Origin: Camelus dromedarius
Lineage: Eukaryota
Length of the DNA: 64,000 bases
Direction of reading: 5' to 3'
Assembly: GCF_036321535.1 (NCBI RefSeq)
Contig: NC_087436.1
Span: forward strand, 32,800,001-32,864,000
Position numbers and translations under genes: made by a program. The first letter of the stretch is position 1. Each line of letters begins with the position of its first letter. This document shows, piece by piece, positions 53,561-64,000 of the stretch. The notes below the pieces were generated by a model that saw nothing but the letters and a program-made list of their open reading frames with translations, searched no databases and was not told the origin of the DNA.

Positions 53561-55539
53561 AAACACATCGTTCAGTCATGCCAAAACACCAGAGAAATAA
53601 AGATATGCTATTTTTTCCTGTTAAAACGACTCTGGAATCTTTATGATGAATGTAAGTTAACATGATTAGTTAGAGAGTCACAGATCCTCATCACTAACTA
53701 TACCTGTTGGGATGGTGATGGTGTGGCTAACAGACAATTATTAGTCAGTAGCTTTAGAATACGAACACTCCTCACTTTTAGAGGCCACACACATGCAGTG
53801 AGTTTGTCTTCTCTCCTGTTATTTTGGTTGTAAAAAGTATCTGCTATTTTTCATGGATGAATTTAAGACATTTTGGTTTAATGACTGGAGAGTGGCAGTT
53901 TTCCCTTTGATCAAAATAATAATACCATACAAAACCCCTATCCTACCTACAGAAATCTTTTCTCTGCTTTAGGAGTCACTGAATCAAGTCCAAGTTGTAT
54001 TAGAACTCTGAAGGTTTCTTTCCTTTATCATTAAACTGAGGGCTTTGATAATTAGGTGGAAAAACATCATCTCCTTCTCCAACTGACCTATTGTGTTCCA
54101 CTAGTACATTGCTGGAGGTCTTGTGATGCCAGCAGGATATTCAGGGTGGTGGACAGTAAGCATTAGGAACAGGATGTGGTTTCTGATGCTCTTGGAGCAA
54201 TAACTTTATCTGTGAAGGCAAAATTTGTATTTTCCTATGTGAATATTCTTCATGCCATTATTTTCCTTTGGTGGTATCTGACTGGAAGTTACTGCATCTT
54301 GGCAAATACGGTTTTGTTGTTGTTGGAGGTACTAAGATATTGGAGAGGCAGTTTTATGAAATAGTGAGGAATTAAACTAAAGAGCAGTTGACCTTCAAGA
54401 ATCCCTGAATTAATGGATCTGGGAGAAGGCCTTATGATTTCCAACTGGTCTGAGCTAGAGTTCCCAAATTGGATGTCAAAAGTCAAAACACTAAATCAAT
54501 AAAATATCAAGTCAGAGCCATTTTATTGTCAAAAGAAACCTTCATTTGTCCTTCACACAGTAAGATTTTAGTCTTTGCTGATGACTGCTGTTCTGTTTTG
54601 ATTTGGTTTATATGTGGGCATGACACCTCCTCATTCCAGAAGAGATTTAAAGTAGACAGTGGACATAGATTTTTAAGGCTGTTACCCAGGAAAAGACAAC
54701 TCAAAACTTCCAAAATATTTTGTGACATTCGATATCAAACATTAGTCATATTCTTACTTTTATTCCTGTTTTTATTTCTATAGCTTTCTTCAATGGTTTC
54801 CAGCTGTTTCTTGTCCCTTTAGCTGCCTCTCTTATCCTTTCCATTCCATGTGGTCACTAACCACGATCCCTCGGCTTAGGAAAGGCTTTGTTCTGAGGAA
54901 ATGAGAAGTGCTCTGAAGTGGACATTGACACTAGACCAAAATGGAAATGAGCAGGCTGCTGTTCTTGCTTAAACCAAGAGAGGTAAAACTAGCAAAATAA
55001 ATGGCCGAAAATAAATGTGGATGAAATATTCCACTTCTAAAAGTTCCCATTTAATCTGACCAATAATACCCACAATGATTATACTACTGAAATCAAAATC
55101 TGAGAACAAAATACACATGAAAAGTATTTTAAACTAACTATACCTGCCAAGAAATAGACATGATTTTCCATCAGTAAATGAATGTGCTTCACCAGGGTTT
55201 AGTCCTGAATTAGGCACATGTTAATTTTCACTAAGTGATATGTATAATGTGTATCAAGTCAGGATGGCAGATGAAGTCCATCCATTTGAACACATCTCCC
55301 GCCCATGTAAATGTTAACATGAGAATTAGATAATGATAATGAAATAAGCATGTAGTGAGAAGAATGAGAAAGCATTTCTTGAACAAACAAAATATTTTAA
55401 CAAGTATCTGGAAGGCAGGAAGCAGGTGGAGGAATGATGATTAGGAGAATGGAATGGCAGCCTAGAAGACAAGCAGAAGGGCTGAAATTTATCTCTGTAT
55501 TTTTAAGTAGTACATGCATGGCATCTAAAAGTCTCCCTT

Positions 55540-56005
55540 CATTATCTCCCCACAATCAACAAATAACCCATGCTTATTGATTTTTAGATCCTAAATTCAA
55601 CCAGTATCTGTCCTCAAACATCTTCTGGACTTCTCCTTTATCTGCTATTCCCCTGCCATGGTTCAAACCTTCATTGTCTCAAGTTTTGACCATTGCAGCT
55701 GCTTCTGTCTGGTCTTCCTATCTTCTGGCTTGGCTTGTACTAATCTTTCAAAATGCAGGTATTACTAGTGAAGCGACCCTTCCATTTAAAACCTTGCAAT
55801 ACTTTCCTCTGGCTTTTAAAATAAGCAGGTTAGCAGAGAATGCAAAGTCATCATAGTCTTCATCTTTACTCTAGTATAATTAACTCCGATCCATTTCCCC
55901 TCTTCCCATCATTATCCGTACTGTTTATGTTCCAGCTGTGCTGAACTTGCCCTCCTCTAAGATACTATGCTGCTTCACATCTCAGTGCTTTCACTGATGC
56001 CACTT
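55540..56005 (+). mobile_element. L2 fragment
   Basis: atctttcaaaatgca...ttaaaaccttgcaat...tccagc...ctcagtgctttcac. Confidence 0.6.
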
Positions 56006-56007
56006 AC

Positions 56008-57139
56008 TTTTTTTTTTAACTTTTTTTTAATTGAATTATAGTCATTTTACTATGTTGTGTCAAATTCCAGTGTAGAGCACAATTTTTCAGTTATACATGA
56101 ACATATATATATTCATTGTCACATTTTTTTTCACTGTGAGCTACCACAAGATCTTGTATATATTTCCCTGTGCTATACAGTATAATCTTATTTATCTATT
56201 CTGCATATGCCTGTCAGTATCTACAAATTTTGAAATCCCAGTCTGTCCCTTCCCACCTTCCGCCCCCTTGGCAACCACAAGTTTGTATTCTATGTCTGTG
56301 AGTCTGTTTCTGTTTTGTATTTATGTCCGTTCTATCATATGGTATCTCATATGGTATTTTTCCTTCTCTTTCTGGCTTACTTCACTTAGAATGACATTCT
56401 CCAGGAGCACCCATGTTGCTGCAAGTGGCGTTATGTTGTTGGTTTTTATGGCTGAATAGTATTCCATTGTATAAATATACCACAGCTTCTTTATCCAGTC
56501 ATCTGTTGATGGACGTTTAGGCTGTTTCCATGTCTTGGTTATTGTAAATAGTGCTGCTATGAACATTGGGGTGCAGGTGTCTTTTTGAAGTAAGGTTCCT
56601 TCTGGATATATGCCCAGGAGTGGCATGACTGAGTTTGAGATGTATGTCAGATAATGTTTTGCCTATATTTTCCTCTAGGAGGTTTATTGTATCTTGTCTT
56701 ATGTTTAAGTCTTTGATTCATTTTGAGTTTATTTTTGTGTATAGTGTAAGGGAGTGTTCTAGCTTCATAGTTTTACATGCTGCTGTCCAGTTTTCCCAAC
56801 ACCATTTGCTGAAGAGACTGTCTTTATTCCATTGTATATTCTTGCCTCCTTTGTCGAAGATTAGTTGACCAAAAGTTTGTGAGTTCATTTCTGGGCTCTC
56901 TGTTCTGTTCCATTGGTCTGTATGTCTGTTTTTGTACCGATACCATGCTGTCTTGATGACTGTAGCTCTATAGTATTGTCTGAAGTCTGGGAGAGTTATT
57001 CCTCCAGCCTCTTTGTTTCTTTTCAGTAATGCTTTGGCAATTCTAGGTCTTTGATGGTTCCATATAAATTTTATTATGATTTGTTCTAGTTCTGTGAAAT
57101 ACGTCCTGGGTAATTTGATAGGAATTGCATTAAATCTGT
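56008..57139 (-). mobile_element. 5'-truncated young LINE-1 with an internal deletion of about 520 bp
   Basis: Matches the full-length copy but jumps near 56632 from the 29290-equivalent to the 29809-equivalent position. No TSD seen. Confidence 0.93.
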
Positions 57140-58190
57140 TAAAGTGTTAACATTGTAACTTCTGTCACATCTACATTTTTACTTTTCTTCTCACCCACAG
57201 TTTATGTTATTGATGACACAATTTACATCTATTATATTGTGTGTTCATTAATCCATTTTTGTCTATAGGTATTCCAAACTTCTCTTTTAACTTTTACACT
57301 AAAATTAAGAGTGATTTAAACATCGCCTTTATAATACAGTAATACAGTAGTCTATATTTGGCGCTTGGTGAGTGCTGGTACTGTTTCCTCTAATCCTTTT
57401 GGTTAGATCTTTCCTTGGCCTTAAGTAGATTGCTCACATTCATGTGCTGATCAGTATTCACATGATTATTCAATGAAAACCCTCTATGGAAATCTGGAAT
57501 TCTCTCTGTGCAGCTCTCTCTTCTCTGGTACTCTGATTTGTGAACTTCACCTATCTTGATCTCTTCAGTGTCCCAGTTTCATGATCTCAACTTGGGGAAT
57601 CTTTTCGACTTTACCTGTTAGTCTGTTCAGGCAGCTGTAACAAACTACACAGACTATGTAGCTTACAGACAACCAAAATTTATTTCTCATAGTCTGGAGG
57701 CTGGAAGTCTGAAATCAGAGTAACATCTTAGTCAGGGGTGGCCTTGTTCTGGGTTGTAGACTTCACATTGCATCCTTACGTGGTAGAAGGGGTGAGCTAC
57801 TTCTCTGGAGACTCTTTTATTACAGAACTAATTCCATTCATGAGGGCTCTGCTTTCATGACCTAATCACCTCCCAAAGATCTTGCCTCCAATACCATCAC
57901 CTTTGGTATTAGGTTTTGAGGAAATGAATTTTGGGGGGACACAAACATTCAGACTATAGCACTCTGGGTTCTCCCTTCTTTTGCTGCTGACTGGAAACTC
58001 CTAAGGCGTTAAGTTCCATCAATTGCAGAGCTTACTTCATTTTGTTTTCTGAGTCTTAGGGATCACTGTCCTTTGTTGACTGGTTCCAGTGTCTTGAAAA
58101 CCATTGTTTCATATATTTTGTCTAATTGTTTTATTGTTTCAGGTTGTAGAGTAAATCTGGTCCCTGTTATTCCATGTCGGTTGGAAGCAA
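57140..58190 (-). mobile_element. Old L1M 5' region, interrupted by MLT1A
   Basis: ctctctgtgcagctctctcttctctggtactctg; agggatcactgtcct; gtaaatctggtccctgttattccat, resembling L1M 5' ends. Confidence 0.65.
57616..57961 (-). mobile_element. MLT1A0-like MaLR LTR
   Basis: ctggaggctggaagtc...catgacctaatcacctcccaaag...gggggacacaaacattcagactatagca. Confidence 0.85.
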
Positions 58191-58199
58191 AATCCTCCA

Positions 58200-59620
58200 A
58201 AGTTTTGCTTAAAAGTTACAAAAGATACATATTCAGAAGAATTGTCCAGAAGAAAGGTTCAGAATATAGAAACAGGAAATACTTCCTAACTCATTCTAAT
58301 ACCAAAGCTTAATAATACCTAATATCAAAACCAGACAAAGACATTACCGAAGAACTACAGACCAAAATCTTTCATGAACATATATATGAACAAATCCAAT
58401 AAAAATGGTCAAGAGTTCTTCTAAACAGAAACCTCAGCAAAGAAGATATAAAGATGGCAGATAAGCATATGAAGAGTTGCTCCACATCATATGACATCAG
58501 GGAAATAAAAATTAAAACAATATATTCTTATTTGAATGGCCAAAATCTGGGACACTGACAATATCAAAGGCTGGTGAAGATGTGGAGGAATAGGAATTCT
58601 CATTCATTGCTGGTGGCAATGCAAAATAGTACAGCCAGTTTGGGAAACAGTTATGTAGTTCTTACAAAATGAAACATACTTTTACTATACAATACAGCAA
58701 TTATACTCCTTGGTGTAATCAAAATGAGTTGAAAGCTTGTATGCACACAAAAACAAGGACACAGATGTTTATAGCAGCTTTAATCATTATTGCCCAAAAC
58801 CTGGAAGCAATTAAAATGTCCTTCAGCAGATTAATTGATAAGTAAACTGTGGTACATCCAGGGAATGGAATCTTAATTAGTGCTAAAAGGAAATGAGCTA
58901 TCAATCCAAAAAAGACATGAAGGAACCTCAAATGTATGTTACTAAGTGAGGGAGGCTACATCTTACAGTTGATCCTTGAACAACATGGGGGTTGGGGTGT
59001 TGACCCTCCACACAGTCGAAAGCACACATGTAATGTATAGTCCACCCTCCAAGTATGTGATTCCTACATTTCTATGGTTCTGTACTTGCAGATTCAATCA
59101 GTTGTGGATTATGTATTACTGTAGTATTTAGTATTGTAAAAAATTCCACATGTAAGTGGCCCCACACAGTTCAAACCCATATTATTCAAGAGTCAACTGT
59201 ACATGATTCCAACTCTATAACAATCTGGGAAAGGCAAAACTGTGGAGACAGTAAAAGGATGAGTGGTTGCCAGGAGCTGGAGAATAGGGAGAGATGAGCA
59301 TGGAGAGCACAGAGGATTTTTAGGGCAGTTTAACTATTCTGTATGATACTATGATGGCAAATATATGTCACGCATTTGTGAAAACCCATAGATCATACAT
59401 ACCATGTTAACTCTAATGTAAACTATGGATTTGGGTGATAATGACTGTTCAGTGTTGGTTCATAGATTAAAACAAATGTACCATTCTGGTGTGGGATGTT
59501 AGTAGTGGAACAGGATGTTTATGTATGTGGAGGCAGGGATTATATGGGAACTCTGTATTTTCCACTCAGTTTTGCTGTGAGCATGAAGCTGCTCTAAAAA
59601 AAATAAAATTCATTAAAAAA
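58200..59620 (+). mobile_element. L1MC1/2/3-like ORF2 remnant and 3' end
   Basis: gaactacagacca (NYRP region); 3'UTR atgtaaactatgga...tatgggaactctgta...gctctaaaaaaataaa. Confidence 0.85.
58966..59199. mobile_element. MER8/Tigger2-family MITE, 234 bp, nested in L1MC
   Basis: Inverted repeats cagttgatccttgaacaacatggg / cccatattattcaagagtcaactg, with TA on both sides. Confidence 0.9.
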
Positions 59621-61424
59621 TAATTCAAGATTATCCACCAAAGAAATTTTGCACCATTTTAAGGATCCATTATTCCTGTTTGCTTTTATGATTAAAAAAA
59701 AATCAATTCTCCATTCCATCCCTTTCATAACCATTCACCTACTTCCCTCTTCCATACCTACTTCTAGAAGAAGTATTTTCTTACTGTCTCCTGTGTTGAC
59801 ACACAAAAAGTGCACAATATTATGTTTCATTCATGCTGAACTCTGATGAAAGGAATCAGTCATTGACTTTACCTGTTATTCATCTGATCCTTTGGTATAG
59901 GTTTCACTGAGGGTATGGCAGTTTTTAATAAATAATGTTTAATAGACACCCTGTAGGTGGAGGTGTATATAACATTCTGCAAAGAGCATTGATGTGTAGA
60001 GTGTGAATACTAATTCGCTAATTTTGAAGTGCTGAGATAGTTTAGTTACAAACCAACCATTCTTGTGTGTTGAATATTGTGCAGAGGGGTTGAGGAAGAG
60101 TTTTGCTCCAGCTGCAACTCAATAGCTTAGCTTCCTTAATCATGAATATGAAAGCTCAGTCTCTAACTAGATACAAGACTAGACTTCTGTCTTGCTTCCA
60201 TTTTGTTTTTTATTAACAACTGAGAAGACAGAGAAGTGACTGTGAGTGAAAGAAGAAAACTAAGAGATAGAAATGTTTTAGCCCATAGGTCAATTTAGAA
60301 GTGTTTTTATACTGGCATCCAGCTCCCACATGGACTACTAAAAAGGTGATGTCTCATTTTCCCTGTTCAGAATGAACTATCTTCCTCCAAATCTGTAATT
60401 CTTGTGACCTGTGAGAAAATTTAGGCTATGTTAAAATTAGCTCTTAGTTTCATTTTGATTTTGTGATTTTTTTTCTTAAAGGAATATTTAGGATTAGGTT
60501 GAGATCTTTCCCGATCTTGTTAGGTTGTGGTAGAACTAGTTAAGCGTGTGCAAGATTAGGTTAGTTTTTAAATTTGCAAAGTTCTGAAATAGTCTAAAAT
60601 GACTACAGTTTATGACATTACATGATGTTATTTACTGTGCTGCTGAACTCTCTAATCAAAAAATTCCTAAAATTTATGAAAATAGTTATCAGAGTCTATA
60701 ACCAGAATAACACAGCAAGTAGTTTATGTATTTCTTCTTAGAATTGTTAAATTTTTGTGTTGCTGATCACCAACTACTCTACTAGATACTGAATGACAGG
60801 GAGACAAACTAAATTTTTTATTGGCTGACGTAACTGTCGTGCTAGGTAATGGAGTTTAATTTGTTTTATGCTTGAATTTATGTTACTAAAAATAATTCCA
60901 CAGTCTATAACTTTCTAATGTAAATGAACCATGCATGTATAAAGAAATAATGCTTTTAGATGAAAAAAATCTTTTATTAATGTATAATATATCCACCCTG
61001 AATACCAGAAAATTTCTACAATTCGAACTATGGACTGTAATATCTAGAGGATATTAATTCAGTTCTTTAGAAATGTGTCTGACTCTGAGAGGATTAATTT
61101 GAGAGTGAAGGAAGTCACATTGGGGAGTAATGATACAAATTAAAATTAATTTGAACAGAGGAGTTCTGGCCTTAATTTCCAATTCATTCTCATCAGGAAT
61201 TAATAAAAATCTTAGCAGGGTATGTTCAGGTTCTGTTGATCCTATTCTGTTTTAGTCGTATTCAGTCTCTACTAAGATAGTCCATTCCTTGTATGAGCTG
61301 TTGATTATTAATATTTTCTTTGGAAAACTTAAAGATACTTTAAAAATAATGCCTTAATCTTATTTTACCTCTTTTATACATTATATTTGGAATGGGAATT
61401 TTTGCAGTTTCTCAAAGTTAGTAT

Positions 61425-62460
61425 GGGAGAGATTGCCAAGATACCGGAGCAGAAGGATCCATAGCTCACCTTCTCCCCACAAATACATGAAAAAGTATAT
61501 CTACATACAGAGCAACTCTCACAGAATACCTACTGAACTTTGGCAGAATATCTCTTACTATCGGAAATGCAAGGAATTCCTCACAAAACCAGATAAGAGA
61601 AAAAAAAATAGAGGAAATCCATGTGTGATGTGTCCCCAGGGAGGGAGTGGCAAAGGAGGAAAAGCATCGTCACTCTGGGAAGCCCCCTCTCTAGCAGGGA
61701 GGTCAGCAGGGACAGAAAGGGAGCTTCTGAAGCTTGGAGGATTGGAGGAGAAAGCAGCAGCCGCTTGACAGACAGAACCTAGAGAAACCAAACAGAGGGT
61801 CCAGGAGATCCCTAGCCCGAGACACAAGCTGGCAGGGGCAGGCCAAGACTGGCTGCTGGAGCTCAGGCTTCTGGAGATGAATCCAAGGAGGAGACTGAGG
61901 CTGACTGTGCTGAGGCAGCCTCAGGGGGCTGGGGTGTGGTGTGGGCTGTGGTTGGGAGTGTCTGTAGAACAGAACAGCCTAGAATTCCTCCATAGAAGAC
62001 ACCATTGCTGGTGTGCGTTGTGGGGGAGGGGCACAACCCAGACAGGCCATAGCAGCCTCTTTAGCCCAGAGGCCTCTGCTTGGCACCATTGTTGGCGTGC
62101 GTTCTCCCAAGCAGAGCGGCGCAGCCCAGACCCAGCAGTCTTCTTGGCTTGTCCTGGAGGCGCACAAATGCTGGTGCACAGCACCCAGGCAGAGGCTGAA
62201 ATCTGAATCAATTCCTAAGGGTCCCACGTCTTCCTGGGTGGGACTGAAATTTGATTTGAGCCCCACGTGGTGGTGGCAGATTTGTACACTGGTGCCTTTG
62301 CGAACCTGCGCCTCTGAGACAACTGAATGGAGTTGTGGCATGCACTGGGGGCAGAACTGGCGCTAACAGTGGGCCTGCGTAGTCAGACGTGGTGCTGGAG
62401 TCTGGGCTGACCCTGTGGCACACCTTGGATACAGGTGTGTGACTGCACCCTCACTATGGC
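61425..62460 (+). mobile_element. Isolated 5'UTR of an older L1
   Basis: Start (ccaagat...tcaccttctccccacaaatacat...atctaca...gaactttggcagaa) aligns by eye with the 5' end of the full-length L1. GC-rich but CpG-decayed; no ORF1 follows. Confidence 0.8.
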
Positions 62461-63254
62461 AGGTCCTATTGGTGGTTGTTTCTGGATAATTGAATTATAA
62501 ATGATACTTGACTTCATCCTTATGCTTTACTATATTTCTCCAACTGTATACAATGAACATGGAATATTATAAATAGAAAAACTATGTTTTAATTATAAGG
62601 AAATCTGAAAGTACCATTTTATTTCCATTCCTCCATCAACAGTACCATATGCCTTAGGCTCCAAGAGCCCTACTAGTGGTGACTGATCATTACTTATCCC
62701 AGTCACCACTTCCTTTTTCCCTTTTCATCCTGGTTATTGATTACTAATATAGGCTCAACCTTAGAATGTTTAGAAAAGAGGAGACATTTAAAAGTTTCTT
62801 AATATGCTTAAGTACATTTCAAAATAAACATTAAACTTTTTTATTCTGAGTGTAATAAACAAGTATTCTGCATGTCCTATACACCCAAGAATTTGTTGAA
62901 TCAATGGCTATACTTGATTCTGGAAAAAGAAATAACAAGGTATTCTCATTATTCCACTAACCTACAGAAAAATATTTAATAGTTCCCAATTACATAAGGT
63001 GCAAATGGTTATCCTGTCATTTGAAGTCTTTCCGAATTTCAGCCATTTGGGAAATGATGTAGTCCAAAATAAATGTATAACTTATTTACAATTAGCAAAC
63101 ATCAGTTGATATTGCCTCCATATATATGGAAAGTGAATACTGATTTCAGAAGTTATTAGTTATACTTATGAAACAGTATGGAATTACAATAATCATTATT
63201 TCTAATTAAATAATTATAAAATTTAGAGGCTATCATGGGATAATCTATTTTTTC

Positions 63255-64000
63255 AACATTTATTTCTGTGATGATTAGCTCTATAAGCATCTTTTTATGT
63301 GCCTGTTGGCCATGTGTATGTCTTCCTGAAAAAAATGTCTATTCAAGCTTCTGCCTATTTTTTAATTTTTTTTATATTAATCTTTGTGAGCTACTTATAT
63401 ATTTTGGTTATTAACTCCTTACTGGTCATATGATTTTCAAATATTTTTCCCCCTCTCAGTAAGTTATCTTTTCATTTTGTTGATGTTTTCCTTTCCTGTG
63501 TAAAAAGCTTTTGTATTTAATTAGATCCTATTTGTTCATTTTGCTTTTGTTTCCTTTGCCTTAGGAGACAGATCTTCAAAAAGATTGCTATTTTTGTCAG
63601 AGTGTTCTGCCTATGTTTTGTGGTTCCCAGTCTTACATTTAAGTCTTTAGTCCATTTTGAGTTTATGTTTTACATGGTGTGAGAAAATGTTCTAATTTTA
63701 TTCTTTTATATATGGCTGTCCAGTTTTCCCAGCACCATTTACTGAAGAGACTGTTATTTACCCATTGCGTACTCTTGCCTACTTTGTCTTAGATTAATTG
63801 ACCATAAATGTGTGGGTTAATTTCTGGGTCTCTGTTCTGTTCTATTGGTTTCTATGTCTGTGTTTATGCCAGTACCATACTTTTGCTATTACTGTAGCTT
63901 TGTAGTTTAGTTTCAAATCAAGGAGCATGGTATCACCAGCTTTGTTATTCTTTCTCAGAGTGTTTTGGCTAACTGGGGTCTTTTATATTTCCATACAAAT
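63255..64000 (-). mobile_element. Older L1 ORF2 3' region, running off the window
   Basis: Diverged homology to about 29490-30250 (ccagttttcccagcaccatttactgaagagactg). Confidence 0.88.

Noticed and set aside
60371..60394. Second 24-nt microexon-like segment
   Set aside because: Weak donor (TCT|GTAATT) and no UGC motif.
1..64000. Prokaryotic-type systems (CRISPR, operons, defence islands) and the remaining short ORFs
   Set aside because: The sequence is mammalian repeat-rich DNA. There are no spaced direct-repeat arrays, and the short ORFs are low-complexity and often non-ATG.

Overview
This is 64 kb of AT-rich, repeat-dense mammalian (eutherian) genomic DNA. I recognise no host protein-coding exon, rRNA, tRNA or CRISPR array, and every recognisable protein in the ORF track is LINE-1. 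The centrepiece is a young full-length minus-strand L1 (28668-35711, about 7.0 kb, 13-bp TSD) with a CpG-island 5'UTR, an intact ORF1, a 404-nt inter-ORF spacer and an ORF2 broken by two frameshifts. Three more copies of the same young family lie at 9.1-13.3 kb and 56-57 kb. They sit among older L1M, L2, MIR, MaLR/ERVL LTRs and Tigger-type MITEs. I saw no Alu, B1, Bov-tA, PRE-1 or CanSINE; the L1 3'UTR looks artiodactyl, possibly camelid (from memory, unverified). Most L1s are on the minus strand, which suggests a large intron of a plus-strand gene. I cannot claim a new biological system. The best leads are a 431-codon antisense open frame across the L1 promoter (ORF0-like layout), a strong-Kozak ORF in the long L1 spacer, a tailless internal L1 fragment with a 19-bp TSD, and a candidate 24-nt microexon. 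Subfamily names and old-repeat boundaries are by-eye estimates.
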